A stretch of 64,000 bases of DNA, taken from the sequence record NC_031927.1. One strand, written 5' to 3'. The notes below the pieces were generated by a model, which did no database searches, was not told the DNA's origin, and saw only the letters and a list, made by a program, of their open reading frames with translations. Position 1 is the first letter of the stretch. Each line of letters starts with the position of its first letter. Shown piece after piece: positions 20,643 through 31,280 of this stretch. The position numbers and the translations under genes are program-made.

Positions 20643-23600
20643 TTGCCACTTAATAAGTTAGAAAATTTCATTAAGAACGTTGACGGTCGCACTCTGTATG
20701 TGAATCCAGCGGATTTGAATGCGACCGACAGTATTACAAACGAAGGCACTTCTCTCACAGAGCCCTTCCGTACTCTTCAAAGGGCACTCATAGAGTCAGC
20801 TCGTTTTTCCTATGTTCAGGGAGATAATAACGATTTAATCGAAAAAACTACGATTATCTTATATCCAGGTGAGCACACTATTGATAATAGACCTGGCTAT
20901 GGTATTAAGGTTGATGGTAGTGGTGATGCTATTGCGGTAGCTCCTAATGGTCAGCAAGTTACACCAGCACCAGTATTCAACCTAGCTTCTGATACAAACT
21001 TTGATATTGAGTCCCCAAACAATATTTTATGGCACTTCAACTCCATTTATGGTGGTGTTGTAATTCCTCGTGGTACTTCTATCGTAGGTATGGATCTACG
21101 TAAGACAAAGATCCGCCCCAAGTATGTACCAAACCCAACAGACCCATCAGTACCATCCTCTGCAATTTTCCGTGTTACTGGTACCTGTTACTTCTGGCAG
21201 TTCACAATTTTTGATGGTGCTGAAAATGGTCTAGTATTCACTGACCCACAAGATTTCTCTGAAAACAATCAGTGTCGCCCAACATTCTCCCACAATAAAC
21301 TAACCGCATTTGAGTATGCTGATGGTGTAAATCCTGCTATTGCTAATGGATTTGAGCTAACTGACTTGCAGATGTATTATAGTAAGCTATCAAATGCTTA
21401 TAATGAAGCATCTGGTCGTCAAATTAAGCAGAAGTTTCCAGCACAGCCTGAGGGATTTGCTCCAATGCTCCCTGAGTTTGAGATTGTGGGTGCATTTGCA
21501 ACAGATCCTATTCGTATTGCTTCTCTAATTTCGGGTGATGGATTTACCCCAGACGCTGTTATTACAGTTGATACTGTTGTTCCCAATGATTTAGCCGTTG
21601 GAACTCCCATTAAGATCCGTGGAGTAGCTATATCAGATTATAATATTTCTGCGAAAGTTGCGACAGTCATTAACCCAACACGTTTTACATACCTAATCCC
21701 ATTCGTAAGACCTGAACTTCCAGCGCGTCCATCAGTATCCTCTGCAACTGTAACCGTTGAGACTGATACTGTTACTGGTGCATCTCCGTACATTTTTAAC
21801 GTATCCATGCGATCCGTCTGGGGTATCAATGGTATGCATGCTGACGGCAGTAAGGCAACTGGATTCCGTAGCATGGTCGTTGCACAGTTCACCGCGATCA
21901 GCCTTCAAAAAGATGACCGTTCATTCGTTAAGTATAACGAACAGGCACGTAGATATGATGGTATTGATGTTAGTACCACAGTACGTGGTGCTGAACTAGC
22001 AGCAGGCTCATCCTCCACAAATAGTGCTCGTGTTTATCATCTAGACCCACGAGCAATTTATCGTCCAGGTTGGGATACTACTCACATTAAGATGAGTAAT
22101 GATGCTGTTATTCAGATCGTTTCAGTCTTTGCTATTGGATTCAACCAGCACTTCGCAGCACTATCTGGAGCTGACGCATCTGTCACCAACTCAAACTCAA
22201 ACTTCGGTCAATTTGCCCTATTATCAGGTGGATTTAAGAATGATGCATTTGAGAAAGACGACCGAGGATTTGTAACACAAATTGTTACACCAAATACTGC
22301 ATACAATCCATCAGAAGATGCTATCTCCAATATTGGTTGGGTTAATATTGACTTTTCGTTGACTAACAGCCAATCATTACCTGGTCAGTTATATCTACTT
22401 GGTTATTCTAATAAAGAGGATATACCACCATACATCAATCAGGGCTTCCGTATTGGTGGAAACTATAATGAGACTTTATATCAACCACTTAGTGATGAAT
22501 CACTGGAAAGTGCTTCAATTTGTATGGTTGATAACCTTATTGATGGCAATTCCAATGTTGCTACTGGTACTGATATTGCTCGCAAAACATATCCAGTAAT
22601 TGCTGGTCCTGGTCAAGGTCCAACATCAGGCTCCACTCTAACTCTTCCATTCCACGGTCTATTAAATGGAGAAACTATTCGTATCTTCTCTGGGACGGGT
22701 GATCTACCAGAAAATATCGATGCAGCTACATTATATTACGCAAACGTTGTTGATGCAGAGAACATTCGCATTTCAACCTCCCAGTCTAATGCTCTAAATG
22801 ACCTATTTTTGGATATTTACGGCGGCACTGATCTGCGCATTGAATCTCGTGTAAATGATAAGACACCTGGTGATGCGGGTCATCCAATCCAGTATGATGA
22901 TACTATAGGTAATTGGTTTGTTCATACTAATGTAAATAGTGATATCTATCAGTATGTTAAATCAAATCCCACATCTACTGAAGGTCTTGACTCTGTTACT
23001 TTCTACCAGAGAGAGGGTGATAATAGAAGCCTTGACGATAAAATCTATAGACTAAGATATGTTATCCCCAAAGAAACTGTAAATGCTAAGCCACCAACCC
23101 CAGGATATGTTATTCAGGAGTCTTCTTCTACTGGTGCTAGGGATAATGATGATTTCATCCTCAATGATTTAACATTCACTGATTATGAATATGATAGAAA
23201 CCCAAGATATATTGTTAGCTGTAACTTCATCTCTATCTCATCAGAGGTAGAGGTTCGCAGTGAAATCCCTCACCAATTATTTGTTGGTGATAAGATCAAC
23301 ATCATTAATGTTACTTCAACAAATAATCCTGACGCAGTAAATGGTAGAGGATATAATGGTGAGTTCTTAGTAACACGTATTATAGATGCTAGAACTTTCT
23401 ATTATAGTTCTACTGATGTTAATGGATTTACTAGAAACTTAATTGGTGAATTGTTTACCAATGATACAAACGATAGAAACATCCTACTACCACGTTTTCA
23501 GCGTAAGGATAATCAAACCAATACTTTCGTCTATCGTGTAGAGGAAATTTCTCCATTCAGTGAGACGATTAGAGATGGTATCTATCATTTGTTCTGTGTT

Positions 23601-26519
23601 AATGGTTCAAATCAAGTAACCGAGACCTTTACCAATAGATTCTACAATCAGCCCATTGAAGATCTTTATCCTCAATTAGATACTGATAATACTAATAACA
23701 ATGTTGAGTCATCAACAACTTTCGCCAATAGTTCACCACTAGGTAAAGTCGTTATTGATAGCCTACAGTCCTCTATCACTAGAGAGACTATTGATAAGCT
23801 ATCAAAGAGTTCAAGTACAAATATAATCAAAACAGTTACTATTGGTGCTTCAGAAACTACATTAGAATTTGAGCGTGAGCACAACTTCAGTGGAGTATAT
23901 GGTTACACTACATTAGCCGGTGGTAGTGGTTATGTTGATGGTACTTACTATAATGTAAGGTTGCTATCTGGTGCTGCCTGGAAAGGTGCATCTGCCGAGG
24001 TTGTTGTTATCTCAGGTCAAGTTAATTCACTAACCATTATGGACCCAGGTTCTGGGTATAGTGGTGGAGAAACATTGAATATTGATCCATCTGGCTTGGG
24101 TGGTGGCGTAGGCGCAAGTATTACTATCACTTCAGATGATATTGAAAGTTCTGCTGGATTCGTATTACAGCTTACTGGTGGTGGTCTAACAACACCCGAC
24201 TTATACGCACCTATTGTAACAGTAGATAGTACAACATCAGTATCAATTGCTAATTCTTCTATTGTTTCTGGTATCTCAACTACTGGAATGTATGCTCTAC
24301 CTACCGATAGTGGAACATCTATCGCAGCATATAGTTTTGATAGCACTACTGGAGTATCAACATTCACTGCAGACCCAACAACTGGCTTTGGTATGCAGAG
24401 GGGCAATAGCTTCGTAGCATTTGATTCTAATGGATATCCATTAGGTAAGTATTACGTGTCTTCTGTTCCATCTCCAAACATCATTGAAACTAAAACTAAT
24501 TCAAATCTAATAGATGTAGCATTAGTTGGTAAGTGTGGTTATGAAGATAACGATGCTAATACTGGTTCTAGTGGAGAAAATATTGGTATCCGTGGTACCG
24601 CAGCATTTGATTTGGGTGTATTCTACTTAGAAACCAATTCAGGCACTGGAAATGTATTGACTCTATCAGCCAGAGATGGCGGCGTAACTGGTAAAGTCGC
24701 ACAGAAACTACCTCTTGGAAGATACCTACAGATTGGCTCTGAAATTATTCGTGTTGCTAGCACTACATTTGGTGGACTAAACCTTAATGAAGTAACTGTT
24801 ATTCGTGGTGCTCTTGGTACTAATATCATCAACCACCCACAGTATTCTAAGGTTCGTGCTATCTCTCCATTAGCGATTGAGCTACGCAGACCTTCTATTC
24901 TCCGTGCATCTGGTCACACTTTTGAGTACCTAGGCTATGGTCCTGGTAACTACTCAACAGCACTACCACAGCTACAAGTAGAACAGCTCCCTGATGAAGA
25001 AGTATTCTTGGTACAGGCACAGGAACTATCTTGTGGTCAGGTTGTATACACTGGTATGTCCGATAATGGAGACTTCTACATCGGTAACACCAAGTATTCT
25101 GCTACTTCAGGCACACAAACTACATTTGATGTACCCATTCCAACAGTAGCAGGTCAAAATGCTTCCAGTAATAACGTAGTATTTGATGAAGTTATAGTCA
25201 ATCAGAGATTATTCGTTGCTGGTGGTGAGACAAATCAAGTTCTATCACAGTTTGATGGACCTGTTAAGTTTACTCAATCAGTTAACATAGAAAATACTTT
25301 AGGTGTAACAGGTAATAGTTCATTCAATACTGTAGATATTCTCTCACAGGAGAATGCTATTTCTCTAACTGATGGTGGAGCACTTACTATTCGTGGTGGG
25401 GCATCCGTTGGTAAGGATTTGTATATTGGAGGCACACTATACTCAACTGGTGATTTCTCTACTAATATTGTTTTAGCAGCTGAGCCAGATTCTCCTATTA
25501 GCCTATTTGAGAATCAGAATAATGGTTTGCTTGGTATTGGTAGTCAACCAGGTAAAGTTGTTTTCAACACAACAGTACCTGCTACTGGTGATGGTGGAGA
25601 TGACATTGCTGATGCTGATGCTGGTGTTGTTGTTGAGGGTGGTTTAGTTGTAAGGGGCACTCTACTAGCAGGTGAAGTTAAGGCTAATGGTCTTGGTAAG
25701 CCTGGTACCGTTATTATGTGGGGTGGTACTGTTGATAATGTCCCTGAGGGATACTTATTGTGTAATGGTGCAGCATATGATAGAACCACATACGATAAGT
25801 TATTCGCTTCCATTGGGTATGTTCATGGTGGTTCTGGTAATAACTTCAATGTTCCTGACCTAAGAGACAAGTTCATTACTGGTGCTGGTTCTCAATATAA
25901 TACTTCTGATGAAGGTGGAAGCAATACTGTTGTTTTAACTGAAGCGGAACTTCCCACGCATACTCACATCATAGACAATACGGATATATCCCATACACAC
26001 GCTCTTGATGCGGGGGCAACTGCAAGTGTTGTAAATGATAATACTCCATTATCTGTTAGTGGTTCTACTGATGATGATACAGGAAAGCATATACACTCTT
26101 CTGGTGCTACCAGTGATCCTGGAAATCATACCCATTCTATTACTGATGTACAACATGCACATAGTATGGCAGGCTTTAATCAAGAGGACAGTGCAGAAAG
26201 AAGTGCTGGACTCATTGTCGATGATGATCGAAGACCTAATGAGAATACTGGGTGGGCTACAAGGGGAGCATTCACTGGAATTACTGGCACGAATGGAGGT
26301 GGGAGTCATACCCATACTATTTCTGTAACTAATCTCAACTCCGAGCATAATCATACATTGACTGCTAGTGGTAATGCTAACCATAACCATGATCTTGAGG
26401 GAAATACTGCAAGTTCTCTTGGTGATCATGATCATACTGCACAAACCACTGGTGCTGATGTTGCTCACGAGAACCGTCCTCCATATTACGCTCTGGTCTA
26501 TTTGATCCAGTACAAGTGA
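20643..26519 (+). CDS. Large virion structural/fibre protein with C-terminal tail-collar domain
   Basis: PLNKLENFIKN..GRTLYV start typical of cyanomyovirus structural proteins; PGTVIMWGG...GYLLCNG...FNVPDLRDKF collar motif; His-rich HxH tip; ENRPPYYAL end; TTG start. Confidence 0.88.
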   Translation: MPLNKLENFIKNVDGRTLYVNPADLNATDSITNEGTSLTEPFRTLQRALIESARFSYVQGDNNDLIEKTTIILYPGEHTIDNRPGYGIKVDGSGDAIAVAPNGQQVTPAPVFNLASDTNFDIESPNNILWHFNSIYGGVVIPRGTSIVGMDLRKTKIRPKYVPNPTDPSVPSSAIFRVTGTCYFWQFTIFDGAENGLVFTDPQDFSENNQCRPTFSHNKLTAFEYADGVNPAIANGFELTDLQMYYSKLSNAYNEASGRQIKQKFPAQPEGFAPMLPEFEIVGAFATDPIRIASLISGDGFTPDAVITVDTVVPNDLAVGTPIKIRGVAISDYNISAKVATVINPTRFTYLIPFVRPELPARPSVSSATVTVETDTVTGASPYIFNVSMRSVWGINGMHADGSKATGFRSMVVAQFTAISLQKDDRSFVKYNEQARRYDGIDVSTTVRGAELAAGSSSTNSARVYHLDPRAIYRPGWDTTHIKMSNDAVIQIVSVFAIGFNQHFAALSGADASVTNSNSNFGQFALLSGGFKNDAFEKDDRGFVTQIVTPNTAYNPSEDAISNIGWVNIDFSLTNSQSLPGQLYLLGYSNKEDIPPYINQGFRIGGNYNETLYQPLSDESLESASICMVDNLIDGNSNVATGTDIARKTYPVIAGPGQGPTSGSTLTLPFHGLLNGETIRIFSGTGDLPENIDAATLYYANVVDAENIRISTSQSNALNDLFLDIYGGTDLRIESRVNDKTPGDAGHPIQYDDTIGNWFVHTNVNSDIYQYVKSNPTSTEGLDSVTFYQREGDNRSLDDKIYRLRYVIPKETVNAKPPTPGYVIQESSSTGARDNDDFILNDLTFTDYEYDRNPRYIVSCNFISISSEVEVRSEIPHQLFVGDKINIINVTSTNNPDAVNGRGYNGEFLVTRIIDARTFYYSSTDVNGFTRNLIGELFTNDTNDRNILLPRFQRKDNQTNTFVYRVEEISPFSETIRDGIYHLFCVNGSNQVTETFTNRFYNQPIEDLYPQLDTDNTNNNVESSTTFANSSPLGKVVIDSLQSSITRETIDKLSKSSSTNIIKTVTIGASETTLEFEREHNFSGVYGYTTLAGGSGYVDGTYYNVRLLSGAAWKGASAEVVVISGQVNSLTIMDPGSGYSGGETLNIDPSGLGGGVGASITITSDDIESSAGFVLQLTGGGLTTPDLYAPIVTVDSTTSVSIANSSIVSGISTTGMYALPTDSGTSIAAYSFDSTTGVSTFTADPTTGFGMQRGNSFVAFDSNGYPLGKYYVSSVPSPNIIETKTNSNLIDVALVGKCGYEDNDANTGSSGENIGIRGTAAFDLGVFYLETNSGTGNVLTLSARDGGVTGKVAQKLPLGRYLQIGSEIIRVASTTFGGLNLNEVTVIRGALGTNIINHPQYSKVRAISPLAIELRRPSILRASGHTFEYLGYGPGNYSTALPQLQVEQLPDEEVFLVQAQELSCGQVVYTGMSDNGDFYIGNTKYSATSGTQTTFDVPIPTVAGQNASSNNVVFDEVIVNQRLFVAGGETNQVLSQFDGPVKFTQSVNIENTLGVTGNSSFNTVDILSQENAISLTDGGALTIRGGASVGKDLYIGGTLYSTGDFSTNIVLAAEPDSPISLFENQNNGLLGIGSQPGKVVFNTTVPATGDGGDDIADADAGVVVEGGLVVRGTLLAGEVKANGLGKPGTVIMWGGTVDNVPEGYLLCNGAAYDRTTYDKLFASIGYVHGGSGNNFNVPDLRDKFITGAGSQYNTSDEGGSNTVVLTEAELPTHTHIIDNTDISHTHALDAGATASVVNDNTPLSVSGSTDDDTGKHIHSSGATSDPGNHTHSITDVQHAHSMAGFNQEDSAERSAGLIVDDDRRPNENTGWATRGAFTGITGTNGGGSHTHTISVTNLNSEHNHTLTASGNANHNHDLEGNTASSLGDHDHTAQTTGADVAHENRPPYYALVYLIQYK

Positions 26520-26522
26520 TAA

Positions 26523-26530
26523 TATAAATA
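26523..26530 (+). promoter_or_regulatory. Consensus T4 late promoter TATAAATA
   Basis: Exact consensus 30 nt before ATG 26561. Confidence 0.9.
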
Positions 26531-26560
26531 GCTAAAAGCACTTACCAGCATTAACTAATA

Positions 26561-28615
26561 ATGGCTAATTTTAATAAGTCCTTCAATTTTAGAGGTGGAT
26601 TCCAGGTCGATGAAACAACTTTCATCGTCCGTGGAGAGAAGGTGGGCATTGGTTCCAGTGTCCCCGATACTCTCCTAGATGTAAATGGAACCATCACAGC
26701 TAAAGGACTGGCTATTGATTCTAGTGCTGATGTTATTATAGAGAGTGCGAATGTAGGCTTCTTAAGTGCTACAACTATTCACGTTGGTGTTGCTTCTATT
26801 AGTGCTGGTATTATTACATCAGCAACTCCAACTGGAATCGTCACATACTATGGCGATGCAAGATTTTTACAAGGACTACCAACTTCGCAGTGGATTGATA
26901 CTGATGTTGGGTTAGGCTACACAAGTATCTACGCAGCTGGTAATGTTGGTGTAGATACAACAGATCCCCGTTATGCCTTCCAGGTTGGTGGTGTTCCTTT
27001 CCCCACCATAGATGGACCACCACTACCCGCACAGGATGGCGTAGGTATTGAGAATGGTAATGTATATGCTTCTGGTATTGTATCTACCCGTGGTGAGTTT
27101 ATTGGTTTAGGTAGTAATATCACTGCTATTGATGGTAGTAATATTACTGTTGGTGCTATTGGTTCTATGGCTTATGGTCCTCTAATTGTAACAGAGGAAG
27201 TCATTGCTGATAGGTTCACTGGTATTGCTTCTACAGCTATTAGTGTAACTCCTGATGCTACACTAGAGTTTGATACTGCAACAGCTAATGAGTTTAACGC
27301 AGTAAATAGATTCGTATCTACCACAGGTAAGCTACAGATAGGTGATGACTCAACATCTTCCGCTGTAGGTGATATTGATGTATTTAAGACTGGTTCTAAT
27401 TCATCAGTATATTCACTATCAAATCAAGTATCCAAGCTATTTGTAGGGGCACAAAGACAATCTGGTCAGGCTAGGCAGTTCGGTGGACTACGACACGGAT
27501 TAGTTGGTAGCGACCCACTCACTCAAATTAATGACCTTGACCTAGTAAACTATGATATTGGTAATCTAAACTTTTATCTACACTCTGGTAGTGGTGGTCC
27601 AGGTATTACTACTGGTGCTTTCCGCTGGATATATGGTCAGACTGGCTTCTCTCTAGCAGAACTATCCAAAGAAGGTGTATTTTCACTGAAAGGTAATGGT
27701 GTTTCTGGTTCTATTGTATTGGAAGTTGCTGGTATCTCTAGTTTTTCTGACGCAGTATATATTAACGGAGACTTAAACGTTCCCGCAGGGAATAATGTTG
27801 ATATTGGTGCTGATATAACTGTTAGTGGTAATTTTGACTTTAGTGGTAGTACTATAACCTTCCCAGATCAAGTTACAATGGAAGAATTGATAATAAGTGA
27901 TACTCTCACAGTTGGTAATCCATTATCAGATTTTGTAACTATTACATCAACGCAAATATCTAATGGAAATAGTATTATTGGTAATGGCACTATCAACTCT
28001 ACTTCAATTCAGGGTGATACAATTAATGGTACATCTGTAAATGCAACAGAATTACAATATACCACATCTTTAGTTGGTCCTCAATTCTCAATAAATTCTC
28101 TGGGTGATCTACAGGCATCTTCAATAACATCTGCATCTGCATCATTATCATCAATTATATCCACAGATATTACTACTGGCAGTCTTTCTGTTACTAGCTC
28201 TTTATCTGCAATTAATGCAAATGTAACTACAATTACTTCGGATACGGTTAATTCCACTAATATTAATGGAACAACATTGGATATTTCGGGAACCAGTACA
28301 TTAAATGATATATCTTCCAATTCTATAGATACCCCTTTAGCAAATATAACTGCGGTTAATACTAATAGTATTGCTCCACTTAGTTCATCATCTATCTCTA
28401 TACCTGGAGATATTGATGGCGCTGGAAATGGAACTATCACAGATTTTAGTGAATTGAATTCTAATTTAGTTAACTGTACAACACTTAGAGTTGATCAAAT
28501 TGAGATCGCCCCAGGATTGTTTAGTTCAACTAGCGTTAGATTGACCTTCACTAGTGATTCAGTTCCCGATGGTGCTTATGTTGATCTTACATTGACCCCA
28601 CTTCCATCTAACTGA
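26561..28615 (+). CDS. Virion structural protein (fibre/baseplate associated)
   Basis: MANFNKSFNFRGGFQVD, VGIG...P..LDV, YYGD...L.GLP, Ser/Thr-rich beta repeats; TATAAATA late promoter upstream. Confidence 0.8.
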   Translation: MANFNKSFNFRGGFQVDETTFIVRGEKVGIGSSVPDTLLDVNGTITAKGLAIDSSADVIIESANVGFLSATTIHVGVASISAGIITSATPTGIVTYYGDARFLQGLPTSQWIDTDVGLGYTSIYAAGNVGVDTTDPRYAFQVGGVPFPTIDGPPLPAQDGVGIENGNVYASGIVSTRGEFIGLGSNITAIDGSNITVGAIGSMAYGPLIVTEEVIADRFTGIASTAISVTPDATLEFDTATANEFNAVNRFVSTTGKLQIGDDSTSSAVGDIDVFKTGSNSSVYSLSNQVSKLFVGAQRQSGQARQFGGLRHGLVGSDPLTQINDLDLVNYDIGNLNFYLHSGSGGPGITTGAFRWIYGQTGFSLAELSKEGVFSLKGNGVSGSIVLEVAGISSFSDAVYINGDLNVPAGNNVDIGADITVSGNFDFSGSTITFPDQVTMEELIISDTLTVGNPLSDFVTITSTQISNGNSIIGNGTINSTSIQGDTINGTSVNATELQYTTSLVGPQFSINSLGDLQASSITSASASLSSIISTDITTGSLSVTSSLSAINANVTTITSDTVNSTNINGTTLDISGTSTLNDISSNSIDTPLANITAVNTNSIAPLSSSSISIPGDIDGAGNGTITDFSELNSNLVNCTTLRVDQIEIAPGLFSSTSVRLTFTSDSVPDGAYVDLTLTPLPSN

Positions 28616-28618
28616 TCC

Positions 28619-28647
28619 TTGACAAGCCGTAGCAGCTGTGCTACAAT
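28619..28647 (+). promoter_or_regulatory. Sigma70 promoter TTGACA-N17-TACAAT marking the start of the early/accessory region
   Basis: Direct match with TG extension. Confidence 0.85.
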
Positions 28648-28669
28648 TCATCCATATAATGCAAGACCA

Positions 28670-29071
28670 ATGCTCAAGCCTCTTCTCGCAGCAATTATAT
28701 TCTCTACGATGCCAGTTGCTACACTGGCACAGGAACAGGAACCATATGATTACACTGGTGCTACACTTAGACAGCAGCAGTATCAGATCTATGAGCTAAA
28801 CCGTCGCCTTCAGGTTCAAGGAAACCAGAGGGAGATTCAAATGCTCCAAGATCGTGTAGCGAATGGAGGTCAGCCACCCCAGCCAACTCAAGTTATAGTT
28901 GAGCAAAGAACTAACCCCATAGTACCTATTTTAGGTGCTGCTTTAATTGGTGGTGCTATCATCTACGGTGCTAATCAAAACAACCGTAGCTATCACCACC
29001 ACCACGAATACCACAGAAACGGTAATAGATACCGTATTTGTAGAGATCACAAACGTCGTTACTATTGTTAA
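28670..29071 (+). CDS. Putative exported protein with signal peptide
   Basis: MLKPLLAAIIFSTMPVATLA signal-like N-terminus; start placed downstream of the promoter at 28619-28647. Confidence 0.65.
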   Translation: MLKPLLAAIIFSTMPVATLAQEQEPYDYTGATLRQQQYQIYELNRRLQVQGNQREIQMLQDRVANGGQPPQPTQVIVEQRTNPIVPILGAALIGGAIIYGANQNNRSYHHHHEYHRNGNRYRICRDHKRRYYC

Positions 29072-29283
29072 TTATGGATTCCGTAGCACTATTCCTTTCT
29101 AGGGACTACACAATGAGTATCATTCAAGCATTACGTGAAGCAAAGGAGAGGTGTGATGGAGATGGGCGTAGGATTATGGCTAAACAATATGAAGAAGTTG
29201 AGACCATTATGCGTGCTCAACACGATATTGCCCAAAGTATTAGGGAAAATATGGATCGGAACGGCGGCGACTACTCAATCTGA
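29065..29283 (+). CDS. Small hypothetical protein
   Basis: ORF track; stop lies at the repeat element at 29285. Confidence 0.55.
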   Translation: MLIMDSVALFLSRDYTMSIIQALREAKERCDGDGRRIMAKQYEEVETIMRAQHDIAQSIRENMDRNGGDYSI

Positions 29284-29284
29284 A

Positions 29285-29338
29285 CCACTTACCAAAGTGT
29301 CCACTAACCCACCCGGTGCTGCCGTGGTGGGTTATACT
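29285..29338 (+). promoter_or_regulatory. Dispersed copy of dyad-hairpin-TATACT element (helicase)
   Basis: CCACTTACCAAAGTGTCCAC, AACCCACC..GGTGGGTT hairpin, TATACT; related copies at about 31785, 32894, 35084, 35378, 38973. Confidence 0.8.
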
Positions 29339-29365
29339 AGTTGTATCAACAGAGCAGAGAGCTAC

Positions 29366-30619
29366 GTGATCCAACTTCGTCCCCATCAGCAAGAAGCACT
29401 CAACAAGCTGACCGTGGCGAGCCGTGGTCAAGTGATCGTCCCTACTGGTGGCGGTAAGACTCTTATCGGTATTATGGATGCCTGTAAGCGCTTTGAGAGC
29501 GCTTCTGAGCCCATCTCCATCATTGTTGTGGCTCCACGTCTCCTTCTCGCTAACCAGCTCTGTGAAGAGTATATGGAGGTCATCAAGGATCAAGTTTCTA
29601 CTCAAGTTGTTCCCGCTCATATTCATTCTGGGGACACCTCACATTTCTCTACCACCAAAGCCTGGGAGATCCGTAACTTCGTCTCTATGACCCAGGCAGC
29701 TGGTCTTCACCGCATTTTCTTTACCACCTATCACAGCCTTCATAGGATCGCTGAGAGTAGTGTTCAAGCGGACACCATCTACTTTGACGAGGCACACAAC
29801 AGTGTCCAAAAGGGCTTCTACCCAGCTGTAAAGTTCTTCTCAGAGACCACGCAACGCGCATTCTTTTTTACCGCTACACCAAAACATTCGGTGACCCCAA
29901 AGAAGCCTGGAATGAACGACAGCAGCGTGTACGGCAACGTTATCGTGAACGTAGAAGCAGGCAAACTTGTCCAAGGGGGCTTCATTGTTCGCCCACAGGT
30001 CGTAGCACGTGAGCTGCGCCTACTCCAAAAAGATGAGCTGACTTCTCACCGTGATTCCGAGCACATCATTCAGAGCATCGACGAGAGTCGCGTTAGTAAG
30101 GTTCTGGTCTGCGCCAAGAGTGTAAAACAGATTGTTCGTATGGTTGCTGAGTCTTCCTTTGTGAATGACTTGAAGGCACGTGGCTTCTCCTATATGTACA
30201 TTGCTGCTTCCACAGGAGCAATCATCAACGGACACAAAGTAACCCGCGAAGAGTTCTTTAAGACTCTCAATGCTTGGGGTGCCGATAACACGAAGCAGTT
30301 CGTTGTTTTACATCACTCTATCCTCTCTGAGGGTATCAATGTGAGTGGCTTGGAAGCTGTTATTATGCTGAGAGCTATGGATGCGGTAGGTGTCGCACAA
30401 ACAATCGGAAGAGTTATTAGGCTTCACAAAGATGATGCCGCTGGTCTGCGTGCGGGAACAATCACACCAGGTAACACTTCTGAATATACTAAAAGCTTCG
30501 GTCTTGTTATTGTTCCCGTATTCAACACTACTCAACAGGGTGTAGCGCGTTCCGTTGATAAGATTGTTGATACCATCTTCAACAAAGGTGAGGCAGCTGT
30601 ATCTGTTATCCGTCGCTAA
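29366..30619 (+). CDS. SF2 (DEAH) helicase, restriction-enzyme Res-like
   Basis: LRPHQQEA Q-motif, PTGGGKT, DEAH, TATPK, SEGINV, QTIGRVIR; GTG at 29366 follows a repeat promoter, so track start 29135 is too long. Confidence 0.9.
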   Translation: MIQLRPHQQEALNKLTVASRGQVIVPTGGGKTLIGIMDACKRFESASEPISIIVVAPRLLLANQLCEEYMEVIKDQVSTQVVPAHIHSGDTSHFSTTKAWEIRNFVSMTQAAGLHRIFFTTYHSLHRIAESSVQADTIYFDEAHNSVQKGFYPAVKFFSETTQRAFFFTATPKHSVTPKKPGMNDSSVYGNVIVNVEAGKLVQGGFIVRPQVVARELRLLQKDELTSHRDSEHIIQSIDESRVSKVLVCAKSVKQIVRMVAESSFVNDLKARGFSYMYIAASTGAIINGHKVTREEFFKTLNAWGADNTKQFVVLHHSILSEGINVSGLEAVIMLRAMDAVGVAQTIGRVIRLHKDDAAGLRAGTITPGNTSEYTKSFGLVIVPVFNTTQQGVARSVDKIVDTIFNKGEAAVSVIRR

Positions 30620-30642
30620 ATACTAGAAAGAATGGCTATACC

Positions 30643-30795
30643 ATGGAACCAATCACACTAACAATACTAGTTGGCTTGATGCAAGTATCACCAACTCACT
30701 GTCAATTTGAATTGCTACATCCAAATGGAGTTATTGACACTCACGTTGTTAAGTGTGAGTATATCATCAATGGTGATATACTACCAATCACATAA
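30643..30795 (+). CDS. Small protein (50 aa) with hydrophobic N-terminus
   Basis: Manual ORF MEPITLTILVGLMQVSP...; CTAAATA upstream and terminator downstream. Confidence 0.55.
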   Translation: MEPITLTILVGLMQVSPTHCQFELLHPNGVIDTHVVKCEYIINGDILPIT

Positions 30796-30823
30796 ATATC
30801 ATTACATTACCTTTAACCACAAT

Positions 30824-30847
30824 ACCTCCCGCAAGGGGGGTTTTTTA
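30824..30847 (+). terminator. Rho-independent terminator
   Basis: ACCTCCC-GCAA-GGGGGGT then T-run. Confidence 0.85.
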
Positions 30848-30911
30848 ATGGAATCTTCACAATTCAGCTGATCTGTGTTAGAATACATATATTGTTACGA
30901 TACACTACACA

Positions 30912-31217
30912 ATGAAAGCATTTTTCTTAATCCTTGCTAGTGCAGTTCTAGCATCCCCCGTAGCTGCTGCTGAGGTAGGTGTGCGCCATACTCACGGTCA
31001 TACCACTAGTAACACATACAATGGTCGCTCAGTCACCCGTAGCCACTCACAGGGCAGCTTTGCAGAGGTCTCTGGTGGTGGTTCTGCCGGTCATAATGGT
31101 GGTTCTGGCTATCGCCGCGTAGAGGCAGGCAGCTATGGTAGCCGCACCCGTGAAAGTTTTGATTTTAACAGCAGAACTACATCAACATTCACTGAAAGTA
31201 GCACTTTTAGTCGGTGA
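30912..31217 (+). CDS. Putative exported Gly/Ser/Thr-rich protein
   Basis: MKAFFLILASAVLASPVAAA signal peptide. Confidence 0.7.
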   Translation: MKAFFLILASAVLASPVAAAEVGVRHTHGHTTSNTYNGRSVTRSHSQGSFAEVSGGGSAGHNGGSGYRRVEAGSYGSRTRESFDFNSRTTSTFTESSTFSR

Positions 31218-31280
31218 TCAGACCAATTCTTAGCGAGAAAGAAGAGATAAGCCCCAAAATGTCCTATTTTACCTACAACA

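Noticed and set aside
20643-20645. Frameshift or pseudogene at the start of the 1958-aa gene
   Set aside because: TTG start gives the expected MPLNKLENF N-terminus and the frame is intact; the upstream ATG at 20629 is out of frame
29135-29365. N-terminal extension of the helicase in the ORF track
   Set aside because: It spans another ORF and the promoter element; GTG 29366 directly precedes the Q-motif. The same correction was applied to several array ORFs
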